Notes under the pieces: generated by a model
Database searches by the model: none
Seen by the model: the letters and a program-made list of their open reading frames with translations, nothing else
Told to the model about the DNA's origin: nothing
Virus record (IMG/VR): IMGVR_UViG_3300027804_000045
Location: 86,744-150,743 of that record
Source: a virus
Reading direction: 5' to 3' (one strand)
DNA: 64,000 nt
Translations under genes and position numbers: made by a program
Part shown: positions 55,036-64,000 of the stretch, in pieces
Layout of the letters: each line of letters begins with the position of its first letter
Position numbering within the stretch: the first letter of the stretch is position 1

Positions 55036-58032
55036 TTATTTTCCTGCTAGTTTTGTGATACGATCAAGTAATAATTTATGCTCATCATAAATTATACTTT
55101 CGCTTGCACCTACTAATTTTCCTACTGCTCCTTTTGGTCCTACCTTTTCAGTTGGACCTAATTGTCCTACACGCTTTTGGTTAGCATCTAAATCTTCTGA
55201 TACTTCTTCATCTTCTTCGTTAAACTTATCTTTTACCCATGCACCTGCGTTTTTAATTCTTCCAACAACTGGTTGACTATTATAGTTATATCCATATTTT
55301 GAATAACCCATATCAGTCATTTGTTTGTCTGCTGCGCCTTGCTGTGCTTTATAATTTGCTTTGGCTTGTGCAGGATTAATTGCTAACTGCTTATCAATTT
55401 CGACTCTTGATTCTGGATCAAGTGCATCATACTCTTTTTTAAATCCTTCTGGATCACGTTTTTGTCTGTTTTGAAGATTGCCCGGCATGTCTCTGTAATA
55501 AACTTTATTGAGGTCTCTTACAGCACCGCCCATAGCAGGCATCATTCTATCAACACCTTTTGACAATAGTTTTGTAGCATCAATGTTACCTTCTTTGTCG
55601 GTAGATGCTTTGATATCTTTTTGCATGCCTTTGTCAATTGAATAACCTTGTGACATACTATCAAAATCTTGTTTAGGTATTTTGAGTTCGCCGCCTTGCT
55701 TTTGCATTTGTGCGCTTTGTTGGGCAGTATTTAAATTGTCAATATCTTCCGCTACACCTCGCTTGTGATGTGCGTACAGTGCGTTGTCTGCATCTCGTCT
55801 ACTGGTAAATTTTTGTGGACTTAATTTATCACCATACTTAAATCCAAATTTTCCATCTTTATATTGAACAACTGAACCGATTGTTCCAGTTTTAAAATCA
55901 TTTAAATTACTTATTTCTCTGTAACCTTCATCTTGTTCCTTAATTTTTTTATACTCACCTGCAGGAACTTCATATGGTAATTTTTTAATTTTTGGTGTAC
56001 CATCACTTGATTTTATCTCATGTGGGAGAGTTTTAATTTTTGGTTTGCCATCACTTGGTTGTATTTTATATGGTAGTGTTTGCAAGCCAGGCAAGCTAGA
56101 TTCATCTATATTATCATCTGTCTTATCTCTAGCTGCTTGTTCTGCTTTCTTGCGATTTTGTGATACGAACTTAACACTGACACCTAAATAATCTGCTAAA
56201 TCACTATCTGACATTTTTTCAATAGGTGCATCGCCGGTTCCTGACTCTTTGATTCCATGATGTAATCCTTTTGCTTTTTTCTTTATTGAGGCTTTTGTTG
56301 CTCCAGGATAATAATAGCGAAAATCTTCATCCAAATCAAATGCGTCAAGATTTGACTTAACTGTATTTTGATTATGCTTTAATGTTTCTGCGCCTGGTGC
56401 TTCATCTAACATTTTATCAGCAGGAACTGCCAATGATTTAGTTGTACTATCAAGTTTAGTTTCATTAGTGATATTGAGTTTGTCCATCAATATCTGTGCA
56501 ACGTCATCAGTTGCTACTTCATAGCCTTCATCATCCATTAAACTTTCATATTCATCAATGATGCTATAAATGTCGTTGCTGTTTAAACCTTTCTCACCTT
56601 TTAAACTTTGAAAAATAACTTCGGCTACTTCATTAGTGTCAGCCATTTTTTTTTGACTGACTTCCTCTGCTTCTGCATATCTTTCTTTTGGTCCAGGTAT
56701 GTGTGGCTTTTTAGGTGGCTCTTTTTTTTCGGAATCTGGCTCAGATTTTGGCTCAGATTTTTGTTTTGGCACATATTGTATTTCACGTTTAGTGCTGAGA
56801 GGTAATTTTACCTCTACTTGTTCGTATTCGTTTCCAGCGTAATCAACAATTTTGCCGCCCTTATTATATAGTTCTGGCCTCAAAATTTTGATTTCATCGT
56901 CAGGCCACTCATCGTATTTTGGTTTTGGAATACTTTCACTTATGTTTGGTGTTACATCTTCTGCGCCACCTTCGCCTGCATTACCTGCTGTATCGCCATC
57001 AGTTTCTTCACTTGCTTCGCCGCCGTCGCCGCCTTCAATCAAACTTTGTGCCCATTTGTCTAATTCTTTAACTTCATTCATTTCGTTTAAGTTCTTTGAT
57101 AAACGACTTAATATTGGTAATACGCTTTCAATACGTGGGTCTAGTGTTTCTCTCACAAACAATTCGTTCAATGAATTTTCATCTGACTCTTCATTTAATA
57201 CAGGTGTATAACTTTCAAAGTATTTTACATAACCTTTATGAGTAGTCATTCTACTTAATGTTTCGCGTAAGTTTTGATAATGCGAAACACCTTCATTGAC
57301 CAAACGTTGTGCTGACTCGTTGAACTGACCATTACGTGTGGCTCGAACGAATCCTGCCATCTTTGTGTATTCTTCTACAAGTGTGCTGATATGTTTTGCT
57401 TTATCATCATAAGGTGTACCACCTTCTGCGATATGGCGTGCAAATACTCTTGCTAGACCAGGACGATTGGTTGGAATCAAGAATCTTTCACCGTGTGCAT
57501 TCTCTACGAAAATTCTTGCGATATTGCGAAAGCGTTGTTCACCCTCTTCAAGTTGACGAGTATGTTGAAGAATAATCTTTACAGTTGGAACATTATCGCT
57601 GTAACTTGATTTTTTACCTAGAGGATAATAACCCTCTTCTAGTTTTTCTTTCTCTTTCATAATCGTCCTCTTTTTCATATCATGCACTAATTGGCCTTTG
57701 TTTGTCTTTAGTTCAAAACCTGCATTCTTATCGCGCTTCCAACCACGTAATAAATTGAAAAATGTCTCAAACTCCGGACTTTTCATCAATTTAGGATCTA
57801 TCCAAAGTACTATGTTCTTTTTATCTTCAGCGCGATTCTTTTTGAGTTCTACCCCTATCCAACCCTGACCTGCTGATATACCGTTTTGGTCTTTTAACTC
57901 AAAACGAATCACATCACTTTCTTCAGGATTAGGTGTTTCTTTACCTGTGCTATCCAATCCTTTAGGATCGTAACCTCTACTTTCAAGCATATCATAGAGG
58001 TCTGACTTTAAACTTTCTAAACTTATGGCCAT
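55036..58032 (-). CDS. Large acidic protein, probable protease-processed head protein
   Basis: 998 aa; globular-looking N-terminal third followed by many [ILV]-x-E-delimited segments; TAAATA 5 nt before ATG. Confidence 0.6.
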   Translation of the reverse strand: MAISLESLKSDLYDMLESRGYDPKGLDSTGKETPNPEESDVIRFELKDQNGISAGQGWIGVELKKNRAEDKKNIVLWIDPKLMKSPEFETFFNLLRGWKRDKNAGFELKTNKGQLVHDMKKRTIMKEKEKLEEGYYPLGKKSSYSDNVPTVKIILQHTRQLEEGEQRFRNIARIFVENAHGERFLIPTNRPGLARVFARHIAEGGTPYDDKAKHISTLVEEYTKMAGFVRATRNGQFNESAQRLVNEGVSHYQNLRETLSRMTTHKGYVKYFESYTPVLNEESDENSLNELFVRETLDPRIESVLPILSRLSKNLNEMNEVKELDKWAQSLIEGGDGGEASEETDGDTAGNAGEGGAEDVTPNISESIPKPKYDEWPDDEIKILRPELYNKGGKIVDYAGNEYEQVEVKLPLSTKREIQYVPKQKSEPKSEPDSEKKEPPKKPHIPGPKERYAEAEEVSQKKMADTNEVAEVIFQSLKGEKGLNSNDIYSIIDEYESLMDDEGYEVATDDVAQILMDKLNITNETKLDSTTKSLAVPADKMLDEAPGAETLKHNQNTVKSNLDAFDLDEDFRYYYPGATKASIKKKAKGLHHGIKESGTGDAPIEKMSDSDLADYLGVSVKFVSQNRKKAEQAARDKTDDNIDESSLPGLQTLPYKIQPSDGKPKIKTLPHEIKSSDGTPKIKKLPYEVPAGEYKKIKEQDEGYREISNLNDFKTGTIGSVVQYKDGKFGFKYGDKLSPQKFTSRRDADNALYAHHKRGVAEDIDNLNTAQQSAQMQKQGGELKIPKQDFDSMSQGYSIDKGMQKDIKASTDKEGNIDATKLLSKGVDRMMPAMGGAVRDLNKVYYRDMPGNLQNRQKRDPEGFKKEYDALDPESRVEIDKQLAINPAQAKANYKAQQGAADKQMTDMGYSKYGYNYNSQPVVGRIKNAGAWVKDKFNEEDEEVSEDLDANQKRVGQLGPTEKVGPKGAVGKLVGASESIIYDEHKLLLDRITKLAGK

Positions 58033-58054
58033 AGTAATATTTAGTCCAAAAGAC

Positions 58055-59602
58055 CTAACTCAATACAGCAAAGAAGGGTAATGGCTGTATGATCTCATCG
58101 TGGTCACGCATTTGATTTCCTAGATCATAATGGAAATCAGTTAATTGCTGTAACATACGAACAATCAATAATGTAGCCATGACCAGATCGTCTGTTTCTC
58201 CTATTTTAGCACTATAACTCCCGCCTAATGCTACAAAGTTTTTAAGTTCTGAAATTAGTGAACGACTATGCAATTTCATCTTTTTACTTTCTAATAGCGT
58301 TTTAAATTTAGCACAAGCGGTCAATTTTACTTTGTGTGTCGTATTAAATCCTTTACGTTTTTTACCAAGCTCACTAAAGAAAATACCCGGGATATTTGTC
58401 TCCCCGAATTCATTTAAAGAGATGAGGGCTGCTTCGCCTATACTGTTATTTTCTAAACTATAGTAAAGACTATTGGGGTCTCCCGTGCATTCTACGATAT
58501 ACTTGTTGATATCGGCTAGTAGTTTAACCTGTTGAGGAATCTCTGTCTTATTATGCTTCCACTCACCTATCTGTGTAGTTGTATTTGCTTCAAATATTTG
58601 AATAGCTGCTGGATCACTACCTGTACCAAGACTTGGATCTAGTGCGACCACGTAGATGTTACCTTTCTCTGGTTTTTTATACCAGCGTACTTGACCCATA
58701 CGATGTATAGGTTCTATACCTTCTAGTTGAATTAGAGTGTTAGGATTGATTAGTGTTTCGTCAGCTATAATGAACTCACAGCCGATTTCACGATTGAAAC
58801 GATCAAGACCTAACTGACTCTTCATCTCTTCAGCCCACTTCTCATCACGACCGGGCTGTTCGTTCCAATATGATCTATATGCCTTGAATCCGTTTACACC
58901 TACATCTGTCTTGTTACCGAATTCATCTTCTGTCTTGTTAGCACCCTTCCATATTAATGCGAACTGATCTTCGTCACTGTTTGGGGTACTAGTGATGATA
59001 GCCTTACCACCTGTTGACAATGTTGGAGTAATTGATGTCCAAAATTGCTCTGCGATTGTTGGTCTAACGAATGCGAATTCGTCAAGATATAACAATGAGA
59101 TAGACATACCACGACCAGTATTTTCAGTTGTCGTGGCTGATACGATGCGGCTACCATTCTCAAAATCTAAACTACCTTTATTATAAGTAGTCACGCCTGC
59201 TTTGATATGCATAGGACAGTTTTCATATGCATAACGAATACGTTGCATGATTTCTTGCGCGCCTGTATATTTGTGTGCGGCGATCAATATAGTGCTGTCG
59301 GGTACAAACATAGCATACCATAATAGATATCCAGCAGCACTTGTTGACTTACCACTCTGACGAGGCATAAGTGCGATTGAATAGCGATAATTATGATAGG
59401 TATGTATCAAGCGTTCTTGATATTGATATGGATGATACAACATGCTTCCGCGTGTAGGGTGCTGTATGTAAAAGAAGTTATCCATGAAATATAGATAACC
59501 GGTATCAGGATCACAACACTTTACAAAGTCATCTAACTCTTGTTGAGTTTTGAAAACTGTTTTTACATATGGTTGTTTTACTAATGTGTCGGCTTGTGCC
59601 AT
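58055..59602 (-). CDS. Terminase large subunit (gp17-like)
   Basis: YQ, PRQSGKS, LDEFAF, ITSTPN, DPSLG, ENN and DDLVMA motifs. Confidence 0.95.
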   Translation of the reverse strand: MAQADTLVKQPYVKTVFKTQQELDDFVKCCDPDTGYLYFMDNFFYIQHPTRGSMLYHPYQYQERLIHTYHNYRYSIALMPRQSGKSTSAAGYLLWYAMFVPDSTILIAAHKYTGAQEIMQRIRYAYENCPMHIKAGVTTYNKGSLDFENGSRIVSATTTENTGRGMSISLLYLDEFAFVRPTIAEQFWTSITPTLSTGGKAIITSTPNSDEDQFALIWKGANKTEDEFGNKTDVGVNGFKAYRSYWNEQPGRDEKWAEEMKSQLGLDRFNREIGCEFIIADETLINPNTLIQLEGIEPIHRMGQVRWYKKPEKGNIYVVALDPSLGTGSDPAAIQIFEANTTTQIGEWKHNKTEIPQQVKLLADINKYIVECTGDPNSLYYSLENNSIGEAALISLNEFGETNIPGIFFSELGKKRKGFNTTHKVKLTACAKFKTLLESKKMKLHSRSLISELKNFVALGGSYSAKIGETDDLVMATLLIVRMLQQLTDFHYDLGNQMRDHDEIIQPLPFFAVLS

Positions 59603-59610
59603 ACCAGTAT

Positions 59611-60777
59611 TTAGACGACAAAACCTGGCTTGTAAACTGTTTTACCCTTCTCTGTCACAGCAGTTAGTTTCTGTTTTCTATTAGCACCTTCTGCGTAGCT
59701 GGCATGAACCCAACCACTGTTAGGACCTTCTTTTGGATCATAGAACTCAAGTATGATTTGATCGAACTCACAATTCTCTGCAACCCACTTTGCTAATTCT
59801 GGATTAGGTAATCCATCAATCTCAAAGTCTACTGCCTGTCCATTGCAATGCTGACTCTTGCTGCTTCCGCCGACGGCAGCGTTAAGAGCGGGGCCGCGAT
59901 AACCACTGTTAATACGAACAGGCTTGCCAAAATGATTGCGAACTGGTTCAAGGATTTTCTCGCATACCAATTTGAGATTTTTTGCGTGTGCTGGTCCTGG
60001 TGTGTTGTCGATGCGTTTTCTGATTGCTGTTTCACTTTTTGTAAACTCATTTAGTTTGAAATGTGGGCTAAGTTGCATGTCTGGTGTTACTACCATTGCT
60101 GGTGCAGCCGGTGCACTTGGTGCTGTTGCTTGAGGTGCTGAAACTGCCACTACGGGTGCTGCCCCCGCTGTCCACATAAAGTATTTTTTTGTTTTCTCGC
60201 TACGATCAGCAAGACCATGTGTGCCACCATTGATCTTTTTAGTCAATGATAATATTGCTGCGTCAGTAATACCCTGATCGCAAATAGCCCATAACTTATT
60301 TCTTTCAAAGAAAAACATCGCACTCTCAAATGCTAGTTCAGTAGCAACAATGTCTGGATTGCTCATCACATCGGGACGATTGCAATACTTTGCGAATGCT
60401 GCATAGTTATCTTTGCCTGTCAACTGTAATGCACCACGACCACGATAGCGCCAGCCATCTCCGCTAGCTTCTGGACCATTGCCCATGCGACTTGCGTATA
60501 CACGGTTAGCAATCTTTTCTGGCTGTCTAGCATAGCGATTTGCTGTTGCCATATCTGGGAAATACTTTTTGAATGTTCCTATCAATCCAGCAGCATTGTA
60601 GTTTAGATTTTCAGTGAATGCCTTATATCCACCTGTCTCATGTGCTGTTTGAGCAAAGAAATGTGCTGCTCTAGCAGGTGACAATTTATAATATGCCATT
60701 GCTGCTTTGAATGTGCCTGGACCCCAAGCACCATCGGCTGCTATACCTATTTTAGTTTGTAAACTTTTTAGGCTCAT
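59611..60777 (-). CDS. Endolysin: peptidoglycan-binding + GH19 + peptidase M15A domains
   Basis: LQ...G..ADG.WGPGT; AQTAHETGG..F.ENLNY and YRGRG.LQLTGKDNY; SGYR, SQH..GQAVD and WVH. Confidence 0.9.
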   Translation of the reverse strand: MSLKSLQTKIGIAADGAWGPGTFKAAMAYYKLSPARAAHFFAQTAHETGGYKAFTENLNYNAAGLIGTFKKYFPDMATANRYARQPEKIANRVYASRMGNGPEASGDGWRYRGRGALQLTGKDNYAAFAKYCNRPDVMSNPDIVATELAFESAMFFFERNKLWAICDQGITDAAILSLTKKINGGTHGLADRSEKTKKYFMWTAGAAPVVAVSAPQATAPSAPAAPAMVVTPDMQLSPHFKLNEFTKSETAIRKRIDNTPGPAHAKNLKLVCEKILEPVRNHFGKPVRINSGYRGPALNAAVGGSSKSQHCNGQAVDFEIDGLPNPELAKWVAENCEFDQIILEFYDPKEGPNSGWVHASYAEGANRKQKLTAVTEKGKTVYKPGFVV

Positions 60778-61106
60778 GCTATGTGATCGTCTGCTTCATC
60801 CATTAGTTCTAATGGTTCTTTTGCTGGGCCAAGTTCTGGCTGCTCTGGACCATCTTTCTTCTCATCTCTATTGTCAGTCTTGCCTAGCATGATGCCAGAC
60901 AATATGCCTGTAAGAAATGTTGCGATTGGTGTGATCAACTTGAAGAATTCAGCATCGTTAGGACTTTGCTGACCGATTGGTTGTGTCACAAAAATCAATG
61001 AGTATAGAACTACGAACACAATACCGACTAAGCAAACGGCAAGCAATATGCCGATTGAAAATCGCATTCTAGCATTTAGTTCTGCTTCTGTATATCTCTG
61101 TCCCAT
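60774..61106 (-). CDS. Two-TM membrane protein in the lysis cassette (holin/spanin candidate)
   Basis: Two hydrophobic helices and a charged tail; overlaps the endolysin start. Confidence 0.55.
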   Translation of the reverse strand: MGQRYTEAELNARMRFSIGILLAVCLVGIVFVVLYSLIFVTQPIGQQSPNDAEFFKLITPIATFLTGILSGIMLGKTDNRDEKKDGPEQPELGPAKEPLELMDEADDHIA

Positions 61107-61115
61107 ATAAACCTC

Positions 61116-61565
61116 TTACTTTATAGCAGCGTTGTGTGCTGCTGTATCAACTACTGTATTCATCGTCAAAACTTCTTCTTCAATACTTGCTGGAGTTCTA
61201 ACTAGAGCCTCATATTCATCACCTTCTGGATCCATGACGATATCAAGTTTGCTTGGCTTCTTCATATGTAATTTTGCTGTAGGAACTTCTTCTGTTGTTT
61301 CTGTTTCAGTATTGCCTTCATCACTACTTATTGCGGGTGAGCATGGCTCAGTAGTTTCTTCTGAAGTTTCTGTTGATGGTTCAATACTTGATGATTGTTC
61401 CATACTACGGCCCAATACATCACTGGTACAAGTTCCTTCAGCCTTACATACTTCGTTACTACACTCAAGTTTACCCCAATTTTGAGGGTCTTGACATTCA
61501 TAGCGGTATTTAGATTCACACCCTGCTAATAATATCAATGGTATAATTATCAAAAACTTCTTCAT
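61116..61565 (-). CDS. Cys-rich lipoprotein in the lysis cassette
   Basis: MKKFLIIIPLILLAG-C lipobox; RYECQDP.NW...EC....C...G.C. Confidence 0.7.
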   Translation of the reverse strand: MKKFLIIIPLILLAGCESKYRYECQDPQNWGKLECSNEVCKAEGTCTSDVLGRSMEQSSSIEPSTETSEETTEPCSPAISSDEGNTETETTEEVPTAKLHMKKPSKLDIVMDPEGDEYEALVRTPASIEEEVLTMNTVVDTAAHNAAIK

Positions 61566-61614
61566 TTTTTCTCACCTTATAGTTATTATTTGTTGGTAAG
61601 TCTTATGCTTCACA

Positions 61615-63252
61615 TCAAGTCAATTCTTGCCAGCCTAGTTCAGCCAATACATCAGCGTTGGGTGAGGTTGCGGCTAATGCCAATGTAACTACATCACTAA
61701 CACCCGCTAGTGTTCTTCCCAATTGGAACTGGAAGAAATCTGTAGCACTCAACTGTGTCAACTCTCTGGCACTAGCATATCCTGTTTGTATTTCTATACC
61801 GCCACTGATAGCAGTTGCAGCCAAATCATATTGCACAGTGCCAGTTGGACTGGTTCCTGCAAAAGTGGCTCCGGTCAATGTGGCATTTTGTAACAATGTC
61901 CAACGATAATAGTTTACACTGGTACTCAATACATCAATCTGTCTAGGGAAAACAATACTGTCCAATCTAGTGGGAGCAAGTCTGATGCTCACTACCGGAT
62001 AATAAACGCCACCTGTAGATAATCTTTTTGTTGTAGTTCCGGTACCTGCGGTCTGTGTAGTACCAAAACTATTATAGCCACCTTCACTGATAACTGTGCT
62101 ACAAATCTGCGTCATCATACTAGCACCGCTAGTTGCGCCTGTATTAGTTATCTCATAACGAATAGGCAATGTAGCAGTAGTCATATACACTTTGGTATTA
62201 CCGGTTTGGTTAGCGTGTTGGAATGTGTGGCATAGAATATACACACCGTTAATGATAAATCCCACACGTACATTACCTACACCCAACCACTCAACATCGG
62301 CATAATAAATCTGTGTACGGTCTGGATATAGTGTGATTCCTGAAGGATTATTTGCCCCGCCTGCACCGTTTAATCTATCACCATTCCAAGCATCTTGTCT
62401 TACTCGTTCTTCTATACCAGTAGATCCTGAGCGAATAACCACATAGTTAAATGTGCCATCATTCTCAAAGAACACGCCATCATTAGCACCAAACAATCCC
62501 ACACGCTGGCGTAGATTTGTCTTTGGAGTGTTCATACAAAATGTAAGCAATGTTAGTTGGCTCTTACCTGGTTGATAAGGGAACACTTTCATTGTTTCAC
62601 GTATTACTGAATCTCCGCTAGCACTTCCTACATTAAGTTGAAAACTACTTTGATTCTCTACGTACACTACATTAGCGGTGCCTGAAGTAGCAGTAGAAAA
62701 TTGATTATGGTCGTAATAGCGACTATTAGTATCAAACAATGTATATGGCTCACTAACACGCAATCTACCAAACGCATCACTTGTTGCACCACTGAACCCA
62801 GAGATAACAACATTAGCATCACCATTTAATGTAGCGTTTACATTACCTTCAATTGTCCAAGGATCCGTACCTTGAGCTACAGTTACATTACCACCTGTGA
62901 TGTTTGCGTTGATGTTACCACTTACTGGTAGTGTATTGCCTGTTAGATCAACATTACCTAAACTAGTTACACCAACATTACCTGATACAACAGCGTTGAC
63001 ATTAGGCATGGTGCCGATATCAACATTACCGGTAATGCCGACATTGCCATCAATCGTCAAACTGCCGCCGCCATCTACTACTGTGACATTTGATGTGATG
63101 CCAGCAATATTGCCCCCAGTAACAACTATATTACCTGTAACGGGAAATGGATTAGCTGTAGATACTACAGTGCTATTATTTTGTATATTTGCTGTAAGGA
63201 CAATACTGTCTACAACATTCGCATTAGTGTTTGCGTTGAAAAGGTAAGTCAT
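61615..63252 (-). CDS. Virion structural protein (fibre/lectin-like)
   Basis: V/N/G-rich repeats followed by DAFGRLRVSEPYTLFD, YQPGKS and WLGVG.VR.G. Confidence 0.6.
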   Translation of the reverse strand: MTYLFNANTNANVVDSIVLTANIQNNSTVVSTANPFPVTGNIVVTGGNIAGITSNVTVVDGGGSLTIDGNVGITGNVDIGTMPNVNAVVSGNVGVTSLGNVDLTGNTLPVSGNINANITGGNVTVAQGTDPWTIEGNVNATLNGDANVVISGFSGATSDAFGRLRVSEPYTLFDTNSRYYDHNQFSTATSGTANVVYVENQSSFQLNVGSASGDSVIRETMKVFPYQPGKSQLTLLTFCMNTPKTNLRQRVGLFGANDGVFFENDGTFNYVVIRSGSTGIEERVRQDAWNGDRLNGAGGANNPSGITLYPDRTQIYYADVEWLGVGNVRVGFIINGVYILCHTFQHANQTGNTKVYMTTATLPIRYEITNTGATSGASMMTQICSTVISEGGYNSFGTTQTAGTGTTTKRLSTGGVYYPVVSIRLAPTRLDSIVFPRQIDVLSTSVNYYRWTLLQNATLTGATFAGTSPTGTVQYDLAATAISGGIEIQTGYASARELTQLSATDFFQFQLGRTLAGVSDVVTLALAATSPNADVLAELGWQELT

Positions 63253-64000
63253 TATACGATTCTCCAGCCAGAACGATAAATCATGGCTATCGCTCCGTTA
63301 TTTATTTGTAGATTGAAACCATTGATATCATTATCTATTGTTCCTAAAGCAAGTATTGGATTATTTGAGCAGTTACCACTTTCATCTTTGATAATAATCA
63401 TTCTGCCATCTGTAGTAGTTGGAACAGTGATTGTCACATTGCCATTGTAGTTGACGCCTATATAATAATCACTAGGTTGAACAGTATAAGTTGAAGTAGT
63501 GACGAGAGTAGTATTCACTGTGCCTAATCCGGCTGGGCCAGTGGCACCTTGAGGTCCAGTAGCACCAGTTGCGCCGTCACTTCCGTTAGTGCCTGAGGCT
63601 CCAGTGGCACCTGTCGCACCACTACCAGTTGCCCCTGTAGCACCCTGAACACCTGTTGCGCCAGTCACACCAGTAGCGCCTTGTGGACCAGTAGCACCAG
63701 TCGCTCCTGTAGTACCAGCACCTGTGAGTCCAGTTGCACCGATTGGACCAGTAGCACCTATACCACCTGTATCACCTGCTGGGCCCTGTGGACCTGTCGC
63801 TCCAGTTAGACCTGTCGCTCCAGTTAGACCTGTCGCTCCCGTAGGTCCTGCGACGCCAGTATCACCCGTCAATCCAGTGGCTCCAATTGGACCAGTAGCA
63901 CCTATATCACCTGCAATACCTGCGGGTCCTTGTGGTCCTGTAGCGCCAGTAGCACCATCAACGCCCGTCGCGCCGGTGGGTCCTGTAAGACCAGTCAATC
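63252..64000 (-). CDS. Collagen-like fibre protein, 5' end outside the window
   Basis: Continuous G-X-T triplets followed by a DYYIGV...IIKDESG C-terminal domain. Confidence 0.8.
   Translation of the reverse strand, partial: LTGLTGPTGATGVDGATGATGPQGPAGIAGDIGATGPIGATGLTGDTGVAGPTGATGLTGATGLTGATGPQGPAGDTGGIGATGPIGATGLTGAGTTGATGATGPQGATGVTGATGVQGATGATGSGATGATGASGTNGSDGATGATGPQGATGPAGLGTVNTTLVTTSTYTVQPSDYYIGVNYNGNVTITVPTTTDGRMIIIKDESGNCSNNPILALGTIDNDINGFNLQINNGAIAMIYRSGWRIV

Noticed and set aside
1058-63247. Numerous plus-strand and nested ORFs in the track (e.g. 1581-1871, 4426-4863, 46857-47402, 48400-48615)
   Set aside because: Shadows of real minus-strand genes, with no RBS or recognisable motifs
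1-64000. Stop-codon reassignment, tRNA genes, introns or inteins
   Set aside because: Core genes are full length in code 11, and no cloverleaf or splicing insertion was seen by eye (tRNAscan was not run)

Overview
This is a 64-kb, AT-rich, gene-dense segment of a large T4-like (myovirus-type) phage genome, coded almost entirely on the minus strand in the standard genetic code. Virion genes: collagen-like fibres, tail sheath, tail tube, neck gp13/gp14/gp15-like proteins, gp4-like head completion protein, large terminase, and many acidic proteins rich in [ILVM]-x-E motifs that look like protease-processed head proteins. Replication and recombination genes: gp41 helicase, gp61 primase, gp32, UvsX/UvsY/UvsW, a gp62-like protein, and exonucleases. 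Nucleotide and auxiliary genes: dNMP kinase, MazG, NUDIX, IscA, peptide deformylase and a PhyH-like oxygenase. There is also a lysis cassette. A Gram-negative proteobacterial host is inferred from the IscA type, lipoproteins, IHF sites and GH19 lysin. Most notable observations: (1) a 1676-aa putative head polyprotein with four TonB-box-like motifs plus membrane-active segments, suggesting a virion protein that could engage host TonB; (2) a 192-aa miniature DnaE keeping all three catalytic aspartates; (3) pervasive leaderless gene starts from both sigma70-like and TAAATA late promoters; (4) IHF consensus sites at a fixed 18 bp upstream of early promoters; (5) hairpins that overlap promoters and mask start codons. 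All assignments come from motif reading by eye; no database searches were run.
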